64,000 bases of DNA from positions 78 to 64,077 of the forward strand of contig CAZKWX010000003.1 of NCBI GenBank assembly GCA_964556685.1, read 5' to 3'. This document shows, piece by piece, positions 1 to 9,345 of this stretch. Positions within the stretch are counted from its first letter, which is position 1. Each line of letters begins with the position of its first letter. The DNA is from an uncultured Bdellovibrionales bacterium (GTDB lineage Bacteria > Patescibacteriota > Minisyncoccia > Moranbacterales > DUUL01). The notes beneath the pieces are model-generated. The model saw only the letters and a program-made list of their open reading frames with translations, was not told where the DNA came from and did no database searches. The translations under genes were made by a program, and so were the position numbers.

Positions 1-510
1 TTGCAACCTACGGTAAAAACCGTAGCCGCCACTTTGCCCGGATAATCGATTAAGGTTAATTTTTGCAGTCCTCCAATCTTCATGAAGTTCTTTACTAATT
101 ATCCCGCGAAGCGGGATCTCGGTGTGCGGGACTAATCAAATACAAATATACGAATCAATAAACTCTGCCATAGTGTCATCCCGGACTTGATCCGGGATCC
201 AGTGTCTATTCGTATATTCGTACACAATTCGCCTGTCCTCCGTAGCTCATCAGAGCGTAGGATGAGTAATCCGTAATATGCAAAACAAAAAGCTCCAGGT
301 TCCCCCAAAGCCATGAGCGAATTTTGAAATATAATTCTTCAGCACAAGTTAAGCACGTTCCTATTGAGATTAATGGCAATTTCCCGCAAGTAAGATATTT
401 TTGACACCGCAGAGAAACAAAGTGGATCGTTTAGCAAAAATATTTTACTTGTGGGAAACCAAACATAGAACGTGAAGTCTTTTTTTCAAATTAAAAAATA
501 ATCTAATAAT

Positions 511-2838
511 CTATCCCCATTTGTCTCTCTCCTTCTGATCTTTCTCATCATCTTTATACCCAACTTTCTCTTCTTTTAATTCAGCTCCCACCAAAACTTC
601 CCTTGGCTTAGACCCATCCGGCGGTCCCACCACCCCATTTTCTTCCAGCATGTCAATAATTCGAGCAGCTCGAGAATAGCCAATGCTCAAACGACGCTGC
701 AGCATCGAAGTTGATGCTTTTCGCGCTTGGATCACCAATTCCTTGGCTTGCCCATAGAGCTCATCATCCTTATTTCCCTCGGTTCCAGGACCACTGAAGA
801 TTCCTGTATCACTATCCAGTTGCTGTTCTAATGATTCAGACAAATTCTCATCTTCATCAAATTTGAGATGCTTAGTTTGCTTCCTAATAAACTTAACTAA
901 CTTTTTAACCTCAGTTTCTGAAATGAATATTCCTTGAATTCTTCGAGGCCGAGCCGATTCAGCATTGATATAGAGCATATCACCATTGCCCAAAAGCTTT
1001 TCTGCTCCTGCCATGTCCAGAATGGTTCGTGAGTCAATCTGAGTGGCTACTTGGAAAGCCACTCGGGTGATGATGTTGGCTTTAATCAATCCAGTAATCA
1101 CTTCCACTGATGGTCGCTGAGTGGAAACAATCAAATGAATTCCCACCGCTCGAGCCATTTGAGCCAATCTCACGACCAATCCTTCCACGTCACGACCATG
1201 AGCAGCCATCAAATCTGCTAGTTCGTCAATCACAATCAAAATGTAGGGCATTTTTTCTGGTTTTTCTCCATTCTTTCCATTTCCATTGCCATTTTTCATA
1301 CTGGCCACTTTGTCATTATAGGAATGAATGTCCCTTGAGCTCATATCTTGAAGCACCTTGTATCTTCTCTCCATTTCTCCCACTGTCCACTTCAAGGTTC
1401 GCACTACTTTGTTCATGTCCACAATCACTGGCGTGAGCAAATGAGGAATGTCATTGTAGATTGAAAGCTCCACTCGCTTGGGATCAACCAGAATCAATCG
1501 AAGATCTTCGGGTGAGTTTTCATGAAGCAGAGTGCAAAGAATTGAATTAATATTGACACTCTTTCCAGTGTTAGTCGAGCCAGCAATTAAGAGATGAGGC
1601 ATCTTGTCAATATTAGCCAAAATCGGATGGCCGTTAACATCCTCACCAAGAATAATGCTCAACTTGGAAGGACGATTCTTGTAGACGTCGCTTTCCAGCA
1701 TGGAACGCATCCGAACAATTGATTTGGATTTGTTGGGCACTTCCACGCCTACCAGTGACTTTCCTGGAATGGGAGCTTCGATTCGAATGGCTGAGGCCGC
1801 TAAGGCGAGAGCTAAATCATTTTGAAGAGCCACGATTCGACTGAGTTTTACTCCCACGGCTGGTTTGAAGGTGTATTGGGTAACTGTTGGTCCAATGTGA
1901 TATTCACTGGGAGCTACTTCGATTCCAAAATTTCCCAATGTCTTTTTTATTATTTCAACATTTTCTTCTAAGTTTCCTTGATGAGGACGCTCTTTATTTT
2001 TTTCAAAAATTTCAATCGGCGGTTTCTTCCATCTTGAACCAGAATAGATATTTTTCTTAACTCTAGCTGAGTCGGAAAGACCCGCTCCCACAGCCGGTGC
2101 CACGGCTTTCTTTTTTTCATCGTCCTCTGCTCCTTCTGGTCCTTCAACAAACTGAATTGTATCTAACCTGATATTGTCTTCATCCTCCACTTTTTCTGGC
2201 ACTTCTTTTTCTTCTTCTGTTGAAGGTCCTTCAACAAATTTGTCTTTTTCCTCTGGCATTTCTTTTTTAATTCTTCCTCTCAGTCGATCCCACAAGGCAT
2301 GCAGGGGCGCATTGAAAATCAGCATCATACCAATCAAAAGAAAACCAAAGAGAATAATCACGGCTGCTATTTTTCCCAAGAATTTTGCCAGCGGATAGGC
2401 TACAGCTAGCCCTAAGAAACCACCGTCCTGACCTTGTTTGGCTGAGTCGATCATCAGATCAACGTCTTGAAACACGTGAGCCAATCCCAAAAACATAATT
2501 AGGAAAATAAATCCACCAACTGCTGCAAGAGTGTAGCGAATTGGTTCCATTTTTCGAAAATACATAATTCCCACCAAGATCATAACCAACGGCAAGAGAT
2601 ATCTCCCCCAGCCAGCCAAATAGGCCAGGCCTTGATCCGTTTTTTCGCCCACCATCCCGGCTTTGTGAATGAGACTCAGAAGAAATACACAAGCCAGCAT
2701 CACCAGTATAACCGCAACGATGCTTTTTTTGACATCCCGACTCAGACCATTTTCTTCATTCCCATTCTTTTTACCTCTTTTCCCTTTCTTGCCCTTTTTC
2801 TTCTTGTCTTTTTTAGTTTCTTTTTTCTTTCTTGGCAT
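511..2838 (-). CDS. ftsK: DNA translocase FtsK/SpoIIIE
   Basis: 775 aa; Lys-rich N-terminus, four TM segments, C-terminal motor domain with Walker A GSTNTGKS and FtsK gamma-like tail; stop TAG. Confidence 0.9.
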   Translation of the reverse strand: MPRKKKETKKDKKKKGKKGKRGKKNGNEENGLSRDVKKSIVAVILVMLACVFLLSLIHKAGMVGEKTDQGLAYLAGWGRYLLPLVMILVGIMYFRKMEPIRYTLAAVGGFIFLIMFLGLAHVFQDVDLMIDSAKQGQDGGFLGLAVAYPLAKFLGKIAAVIILFGFLLIGMMLIFNAPLHALWDRLRGRIKKEMPEEKDKFVEGPSTEEEKEVPEKVEDEDNIRLDTIQFVEGPEGAEDDEKKKAVAPAVGAGLSDSARVKKNIYSGSRWKKPPIEIFEKNKERPHQGNLEENVEIIKKTLGNFGIEVAPSEYHIGPTVTQYTFKPAVGVKLSRIVALQNDLALALAASAIRIEAPIPGKSLVGVEVPNKSKSIVRMRSMLESDVYKNRPSKLSIILGEDVNGHPILANIDKMPHLLIAGSTNTGKSVNINSILCTLLHENSPEDLRLILVDPKRVELSIYNDIPHLLTPVIVDMNKVVRTLKWTVGEMERRYKVLQDMSSRDIHSYNDKVASMKNGNGNGKNGEKPEKMPYILIVIDELADLMAAHGRDVEGLVVRLAQMARAVGIHLIVSTQRPSVEVITGLIKANIITRVAFQVATQIDSRTILDMAGAEKLLGNGDMLYINAESARPRRIQGIFISETEVKKLVKFIRKQTKHLKFDEDENLSESLEQQLDSDTGIFSGPGTEGNKDDELYGQAKELVIQARKASTSMLQRRLSIGYSRAARIIDMLEENGVVGPPDGSKPREVLVGAELKEEKVGYKDDEKDQKERDKWG

Positions 2839-2878
2839 AGTGAAATATATTACTGTCTGATTATAACATTATAGCTTA

Positions 2879-5536
2879 TTATTTTCTAATTAAAAATCTT
2901 CTTTTGAAAAATTCAAATATGAAGATTTCAACAAAGGCCAGCGAAATAATTAACACCCAGCTGGCTGAACTAATGGGTACAGTTTTCAAAAATCCCTGAA
3001 GCAGAGGAAGATAGATTGCCAAAACTAAAAGCAGGGCGCTGGCCAGCACAGCAGCATTCAAATACCAGTTGGAGAAAATATTTTTTCGAAAAATTGATTT
3101 TTTGAGTGATCGAACTGAATAGGCAAAAATTAGTGAATCGAACGCCATCAGAGCTAGAATCATGGTTCTGGTTTTTTCAATGTCCCCTGTAGTTTTCCAA
3201 ACAAACCAGAAAAACAAAAAAGTGATGATGCCATTGATGGCGAAAACCGAAATGACCCATTTCTTGATTGGTTTACTCAAAATCGGCTCTTTGTTGCCCC
3301 GTGGTTTTTCCTCCATCACGCCTGTTTTTTCATTTTCAGTCGTCAAAGCAATATCAGGCAATCCGTCTTCAATTAAATTGATCCACAAGATTTGAACAGC
3401 TAAAAGCGGCAAAGGCAACCCCAAAAACATAGCTCCCAAGAAAATAAATATCTCAGTGAAATCATCAGCCACCAAATATATGAATACTTTTCGAATGTTA
3501 TCAAAAGCTACTCTTCCTTGTTCCACTGCCTTGACAATTGTTTGATAGCTATCATCGAGCAAAATCACATCAGCCACTTCCTTAGCCACATCAGTGCCAC
3601 TGCCCAGAGCCACTCCCACATCTGAAGCTTTCAGGGCTGGAGCGTCATTGACTCCATCCCCGATCATGGCCACTGACTCTCCTCCTCTTTGCAGAGCTTT
3701 AACAATCCTAAGTTTGTGTTTGGGAAGCGTGCGAGCATAGAGAGTTGTTTTTTTAGCTGAATTCCTGAGCTCGGCTTCACTCAGTTTTTCTAATTCATCA
3801 CCTTCAAGAATGTGATTTTTTTGAATATTAATTCCCGCTTCTTGAGCGATTGTCTTAGCCGTCAATTGATGATCGCCAGTGATAATTATCGGACGAACTC
3901 CTGCTCGAGTAATTTTTTTAATGGCCTTTTTTGCGTCATGTCGAATTGGATCTTGAAGGGCCAAGAAACCAACGAAATTTAAATCTGTTGCTAACTCAGA
4001 AATGCTATTTAACTTTCCATTGTTGTCTAAATTTTTCTCGGCACAAGCCACCACTCGGAAACCTTCTTTGGCAATCCGTTCAAGTATTCTCTTGCCATCT
4101 TTCTCTTCATGTTCTCTAAAACCTATGCTCCCATCTGAAACAGAATATTTGGATGATCGTTTGAATATTTCTTCGGGAGCTCCAGCGACAAACAATTTTT
4201 TGTTTTCCCCTCTTCGGCAAAGAGTGGCGGCAAACTTTCGATCTGAGTCAAAGTTCCACTTATTGATAATATTACATTCTCTTTTGAGCTTTTCAATCTT
4301 CAAACCTGCTTGAGTAGCCGAAAGCAACAGAGCCTTGTCCGTATATCGACCTCTCACTGTCCATTTCCTTTCTTCTTCATGAAAATTTTCGATGTAGGCA
4401 TCGTTGGTTACCGTAGCTATTTTGATGATCTTCAGTTCCTGAGCTGAATAGGCAGACGGATCATTTGGGTTGAGTATGGTTGTCTTGTCCAGCAAGCTTT
4501 TCTTATGTCCCACTATTTGGGTCACTCTCATTTGTCCTTCGGTGAGGGTTCCTGTTTTGTCAGCACAAATCACTGTCACTCCTCCCAAACTTTCAGCAGC
4601 CGAAAGTTTTTTGACCACTCCTTTGCTCTTGAGAACTCTTCTCATGGCCAACACCAAAACCACAGTTATAGCTGGCAACAACCCCTCTGGAATTGATGAA
4701 ACTGAAAGCGCCAAGGCAGAAAGAAAAATTTGTTCAATGTTCTGATTGGAAAAATAACCGGCAATGATAATCACGATTACCAGCAAGAGTATGAAAATTC
4801 CGATCAGCTTGGAAAGCTTGAGAATTTTTCTTTGCAAGGGGGTAGAAGGCTCTTTGGTTTCCTTCAAAAGCTTCACCGTTTGACCAAATTCAGTCCTTTC
4901 GCCTGTCTCCACCACCACAGCCTCGGCTTGTCCTTGGGTGACAGCAGTACCGGAAAAAACCATGTTAGACTTTTCAACCAATTTCGCCTCCCGAGAAACA
5001 ACTTTTTCATCCTTTTTAACTGGCAGAGATTCGCCCGTTAAAGTCGATTCATCAGTTCGGAGATTTCTTGAAGTAATTATTCGAGCATCAGCCGCGATGC
5101 GGTCTCCTTCTTTGATGATAACAATGTCACCAGGTACCAATTGGCTACTATCAATTTCCTTTTCGTTGTTTCCCCTTCTCACTCTGACTTTAATCCTCAC
5201 CATTTTGTGAAGCTCGTTTAATGATCGGTTGGCCTTCATCTCCTGATAGAAACCAACTGTGGTGTTGATCAGAAGAACTACTAGAATGAAAATCGAGTCA
5301 GCATAGTGTCTGAGCAAGAATGAAATGATGATAATAATTAGCAAAACATAGACCAGAGGGTTTCTAAATTGACGCAAAAAAACAGTCAACTTAGACAGTG
5401 ACTTTTTTTTAGGAATTTCATTGCGGCCATGTTTCTCCAATCTCTCCCTTATTTCAATCTTGCTTAGCCCTTTTTTGTCAGATCCAATTCTTTTTAACAC
5501 TTCAGCCGCATCAATTGCGTGCCAATTTTTCTGCAT
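2879..5536 (-). CDS. Cation-transporting P-type ATPase (P2/P3-type, Ca2+/Mg2+-like)
   Basis: 885 aa; DKTGTLT phosphorylation motif, PEGL TM4 motif, GDGVNDAPALK hinge motif, about 10 TM segments. Confidence 0.85.
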   Translation of the reverse strand: MQKNWHAIDAAEVLKRIGSDKKGLSKIEIRERLEKHGRNEIPKKKSLSKLTVFLRQFRNPLVYVLLIIIIISFLLRHYADSIFILVVLLINTTVGFYQEMKANRSLNELHKMVRIKVRVRRGNNEKEIDSSQLVPGDIVIIKEGDRIAADARIITSRNLRTDESTLTGESLPVKKDEKVVSREAKLVEKSNMVFSGTAVTQGQAEAVVVETGERTEFGQTVKLLKETKEPSTPLQRKILKLSKLIGIFILLLVIVIIIAGYFSNQNIEQIFLSALALSVSSIPEGLLPAITVVLVLAMRRVLKSKGVVKKLSAAESLGGVTVICADKTGTLTEGQMRVTQIVGHKKSLLDKTTILNPNDPSAYSAQELKIIKIATVTNDAYIENFHEEERKWTVRGRYTDKALLLSATQAGLKIEKLKRECNIINKWNFDSDRKFAATLCRRGENKKLFVAGAPEEIFKRSSKYSVSDGSIGFREHEEKDGKRILERIAKEGFRVVACAEKNLDNNGKLNSISELATDLNFVGFLALQDPIRHDAKKAIKKITRAGVRPIIITGDHQLTAKTIAQEAGINIQKNHILEGDELEKLSEAELRNSAKKTTLYARTLPKHKLRIVKALQRGGESVAMIGDGVNDAPALKASDVGVALGSGTDVAKEVADVILLDDSYQTIVKAVEQGRVAFDNIRKVFIYLVADDFTEIFIFLGAMFLGLPLPLLAVQILWINLIEDGLPDIALTTENEKTGVMEEKPRGNKEPILSKPIKKWVISVFAINGIITFLFFWFVWKTTGDIEKTRTMILALMAFDSLIFAYSVRSLKKSIFRKNIFSNWYLNAAVLASALLLVLAIYLPLLQGFLKTVPISSASWVLIISLAFVEIFIFEFFKRRFLIRK

Positions 5537-5684
5537 TTATTTTTATTTTGCTTGTTCAGCGAGCTAAATAAAATGGTGTTAACCCCAGAGCAAGCTCTCG
5601 ACTCTTATTCCGCAGCAAGCTACAAGGAATTAAGCCAACAATTTGTCCTTCGTAGTCCCGACGTAACGTCGGGACGAAGTAGGA

Positions 5685-6239
5685 TCAAACTATCTCCTCA
5701 CCTTTTCTCCAAATCAACCAATATTTATTTTTGTCTTTCGTTTTCTTTTCCTCCTGCTCGTCTTCAATCAGATGTTTTTGAGAAAATTTTTTTTGTTTAT
5801 TATTAAAGCCTTTGGTCAAGATCATAATGTAGCGACCTTTGACTTTTTCGCCCAAAAGATTGAAAGACAGTTTTCCTTCTTCGAATGATCCATTGATCAT
5901 GCCCCATTTTCCTTCGTCCCAAATTTCCACCGTTCCGGCACCATAGTTGCCTTCAGGAATTTCTCCTTCAAAATCAACATAGTCCACTGGATGATCTTCT
6001 GTTTGAATCGCTAGATGTTTGATTTCCTTGGTCAGAGGCAAGTTCTTAGGAACTGCCCACGATTTGAGCACCACTTTGCCATTCTTCTCATCTTTCATTT
6101 CAAGCCGAAAATCATAGTGCAGATGTGATGCATCGTGTTTTTGAATCACAAACCTCTGTTCCGAAGTCTTTCTGGCAGCGGGCTTCGGTTCTTTTGTCTC
6201 CTTAAAATTGCGTTTGAGCCGATATTGAATTAAGCTCAT
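5685..6239 (-). CDS. LigD-type 3'-phosphoesterase (PE) domain protein, stand-alone
   Basis: 184 aa; HLHYDFRLE motif and beta-rich core typical of the LigD PE / DNA polymerase-ligase N-terminal domain. Confidence 0.6.
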   Translation of the reverse strand: MSLIQYRLKRNFKETKEPKPAARKTSEQRFVIQKHDASHLHYDFRLEMKDEKNGKVVLKSWAVPKNLPLTKEIKHLAIQTEDHPVDYVDFEGEIPEGNYGAGTVEIWDEGKWGMINGSFEEGKLSFNLLGEKVKGRYIMILTKGFNNKQKKFSQKHLIEDEQEEKKTKDKNKYWLIWRKGEEIV

Positions 6240-6449
6240 TTGGCTTTAATCTAGCACAAAAAAGGGTTTTTTACAAATTAAAATACACAAAGAATCTTGC
6301 TTTTTATCCCTAAATAGAATACTATTTTTTATGCACAGGAGGGAGTCAGATATTTTCTGACTCTTGTTCATTGATAGGTCAATTAGGATATCAGGAAGGA
6401 CCTGTATCTCTGATTGTAACGCTAACCCTGAGACAAACAGGAGGATGTT

Positions 6450-7172
6450 ATGTCAAAGGAATTAACCGTTAGAAGCATGGTAGAGGGTCTTGTTCGAGAA
6501 GAAGCAATTGATGATTCAGGCAAGACAAGTTTCCTTGTAACATTTGAAACGGGCGCTTACGAAGATGGGCATATTAACTGGCTAAGAAAGAAACTGGGCC
6601 CTTGGATAGAAGAAATGAAACACGTTAAGGGCATTCTTTCTGTTAAAAACATCGCATTTAAAAAGGCTCCAAATAAGAAAGGAAGAGGCAGTATTTCATT
6701 GAGCATGGAAGTTAAGGGAGCGATATCGCCATCGCCAAAAGAAGTCGAGAACACTTTCTTTTTAGGTCAGTTCTTAAGCATGTTGAGAAAGACTTTGGCT
6801 ATGACTGTGTTAAGTCACTTCCGTCCACAGTTCAATTATATAAATCCAAAATTTGATGCTCTTCATGTCCATAGCTACGTTTTTGTGCCGGTTAGTTCTA
6901 ATTGGAAAACGGCTACAAAAAGACTTACGAACTTGGAAACTAATCATCCACTTGATTTCAGTAATCTAATAAGAGAATGTGGTGCTATGTTCACAAGTCC
7001 TGGCTTTACTCTAGAAAGAAATGATGAGGGTGACATTGTAAAGGCCCTTATGACAATAAGATGGAGAGTAGACGCATCAGAGACCCAAAGAGAAATACTG
7101 GAAAGGATACTCGACGCTTATTTCAAGGGAATGGAAATTGATATGCAGTCTCTTGAGGTTAAACCAGGGTAA
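6450..7172 (+). CDS. Hypothetical protein (no recognisable domain)
   Basis: 240 aa ORF with good SD (AGGAGG) 7 nt upstream; followed by strong terminator. Confidence 0.5.
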   Translation: MSKELTVRSMVEGLVREEAIDDSGKTSFLVTFETGAYEDGHINWLRKKLGPWIEEMKHVKGILSVKNIAFKKAPNKKGRGSISLSMEVKGAISPSPKEVENTFFLGQFLSMLRKTLAMTVLSHFRPQFNYINPKFDALHVHSYVFVPVSSNWKTATKRLTNLETNHPLDFSNLIRECGAMFTSPGFTLERNDEGDIVKALMTIRWRVDASETQREILERILDAYFKGMEIDMQSLEVKPG

Positions 7173-7205
7173 AACTTATAAACTATTTCACCAAGAGATG
7201 ATTTT

Positions 7206-7243
7206 TAAAGGCGATAATTTCTAATTTATCGCCTTTGTTTTTT
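7206..7243 (+). terminator. Rho-independent terminator (AAGGCGATAA/TTATCGCCTT stem + T7)
   Basis: 10-bp perfect stem followed by TTTTTTT directly after the 6450..7172 gene. Confidence 0.6.
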
Positions 7244-7589
7244 TAATTGACATTTTACTTCATACGTATTAGTATTACATGTTAGCCATATTCGACATTT
7301 GACATGTAACATTTGACAATTGACTCAATTAGATTACCTTGTTACGGATGATCTTCCCTTGAAGTTAAATGTTAATTGTTAAATGTTAATTGTTAAGCTA
7401 AGTTGGCTATTTACTTTTTAGAAAACAAAAGTTTTGTCTCAAAACCAAAATTTGCTTGCATGATAACAAATTCGAATTTATAATGAATCTAGGTTTAGAC
7501 AAAAATAAAAACGCCCCGCGGAGCGGAAGGATCGCTTAAAAAGCAATCACTCCACTTCGGGTGAAAAATAAATAGCCAAAACAAAATCC

Positions 7590-8396
7590 ATGGGGGAAAA
7601 GAAATCTGCTAATAAGAAGCAGGAAGAAGATCGAGCTGAAAAAATCCGATCACTTCAGGAAATGATTGCCACGGCAGAAAGAACCATCACTTCTGCCAAG
7701 GCCATGCTATCTCAAGTTCAAATCGAGGAGAAAGCATCTGGCAACGGCGCTGACTTTGGTTCAGTTGATGATTCCGATTTTGATGGTGATGGTCAAATCA
7801 TTCACGGAACTTTTGATGGACAAATTATGATCGGTGAAGATGGAAAACAATATCCGGTTCCTGCTAATTATGCTTCAAAATCAAAACTAGTCGAAGGAGA
7901 CATGCTCAAACTCACCATCACGGGTGAAGGAAATTTTGTTTATAAACAAATTGGTCCGGCTGAGCGAAAATATTTGATTGGCATTGCCAATCAAGACGAA
8001 AGAGGAAACTTTTTTGTTAAAACGGAAGATCGAAGTTATAAGGTTCTTTTGGCTGCTGCCACCTATTTCAAGATTGAAGCAGGTGACGAAGTGACGGTTA
8101 TTGTTCCCCGAGAGGGTGAAGTCACCTGGGGAGCAATTGAAAATATTGTCCGCAAAGCGTCCGATGTTCTCAGCTCTCCGGACATCAATTTGCAGTCAGA
8201 GCCAATGCAACCAAAGCTGACTGAAGAGAGCGCCAATGGAAAACCAACCGCTATTGAGAAACTAGAAAAAGAAATTGAGGACGAACGAAAGAGCGCTAAG
8301 AAAAAAGATGACATTCTCGATGAGTGGACTCCTGATATTGATCAAATGAAGAAAGAGGCCAAACAGCCAGCTGGAGCTGAAGAGGATGTTAGTTAA
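7590..8396 (+). CDS. Hypothetical acidic protein with N-terminal coiled coil
   Basis: 268 aa ORF; TTGCAT-17-TATAAT promoter-like sequence at ~7457-7490 upstream. Confidence 0.5.
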   Translation: MGEKKSANKKQEEDRAEKIRSLQEMIATAERTITSAKAMLSQVQIEEKASGNGADFGSVDDSDFDGDGQIIHGTFDGQIMIGEDGKQYPVPANYASKSKLVEGDMLKLTITGEGNFVYKQIGPAERKYLIGIANQDERGNFFVKTEDRSYKVLLAAATYFKIEAGDEVTVIVPREGEVTWGAIENIVRKASDVLSSPDINLQSEPMQPKLTEESANGKPTAIEKLEKEIEDERKSAKKKDDILDEWTPDIDQMKKEAKQPAGAEEDVS

Positions 8397-8472
8397 AAGA
8401 TCATTTATTATTTAAGTAAAATATTACTGAATACTCTGGGTAATATTTTTATTTTCTAAAAAGCAAAACAAA

Positions 8473-8931
8473 ATGCAAGCAATTCTGTCTCGCTATCCTG
8501 CTATTGGACAATTTCTTCGTTTCGGCGTCATTGGCGCAATGAATACCGGGGTTGATCTTGTCATCCTCAACATTCTAATGTTCATATCTGGTTATACTGA
8601 TGGCACGCCCTATTCGATTTTCAAAACCATTTCATTCGCTGCTGCTGCAACCTTTAGCTACTTCATGAACAAGCGCTGGGCTTTCAGAGACAAGTCCAAG
8701 AATCAGGAAGTCAAGAAGTTTTCTCAATTTTTTGTCATTTCCATCATTGGCGCCTTGATCAATGTTACTGTCGCTTCTTTGGTGGTTAATTTTGCTAAAC
8801 CGGCGCTTGATAGCACTTTAATTATTCCTCTTTCTGCTCAAATTTGGGGCAGCGTTGGTGCTCTTTGTGGAACAGCCGTAGGTCTTGCCTGGAACTTCCT
8901 GGGATACAAGTTTATTGTTTTTAAAAAATAG
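8473..8931 (+). CDS. GtrA family membrane protein (polysaccharide/glycolipid synthesis accessory)
   Basis: 152 aa, four TM helices, N-terminal RFGVIGAMNTGVDLVILNIL matches the GtrA-like family. Confidence 0.7.
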   Translation: MQAILSRYPAIGQFLRFGVIGAMNTGVDLVILNILMFISGYTDGTPYSIFKTISFAAAATFSYFMNKRWAFRDKSKNQEVKKFSQFFVISIIGALINVTVASLVVNFAKPALDSTLIIPLSAQIWGSVGALCGTAVGLAWNFLGYKFIVFKK

Positions 8932-9149
8932 AGTCTCTCATGGAGTACTCTATAGAATACTCTCTCGAACATTTGTCTATTCAAATACGATTGCATTTGC
9001 GATCGTATTTCATTATTTAAATGGCTCGAAATTATAGTATATATTTTAGTATATACTATAGTATATACCATTTTTTACTCTAAAAATCTTTACATTTGCC
9101 ATTCTCTATCTATACTAAATACCAGATACCTTTGAATAGTAAAATTTAT

Positions 9150-9310
9150 TTACTCTTCCCCCTCTTTTGGAAAGATGTTGAATTCATTGGTTTTGAATTC
9201 AGGGGGGAATTAAGTGAATTGGCCGGCGTCTACTGCCATTTGAATTAACCCCTCTTGAGAATTACTCATCCGCAATTCTCCGCCTTGCCATAAGGGGAGA
9301 GAATGGGTAT
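9150..9310. repeat. G-tract palindromic dispersed repeat (copy A, MITE/REP-like)
   Basis: Shares blocks AAGAGGGGTTA, CCGGCCAATTCACTTAA, CCCCCTGAATTCA..TGAATTCA and AAGAGGGGGAA with 23245-23375 (opposite orientation). Confidence 0.55.
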
Positions 9311-9345
9311 TTTATAATTCAAGGATTCACTAAAAATTACATACA

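Noticed and set aside
250-300. Hammerhead ribozyme core CUGAUGAG on the minus strand
   Set aside because: The GAUGAG is better explained as one arm of the CTCATC/GATGAG hairpin; no stem II/GAAA/stem III arrangement follows
132-314. 60-aa ORF on the minus strand
   Set aside because: Low-complexity product, no RBS, sits inside a hairpin-rich non-coding region; likely spurious
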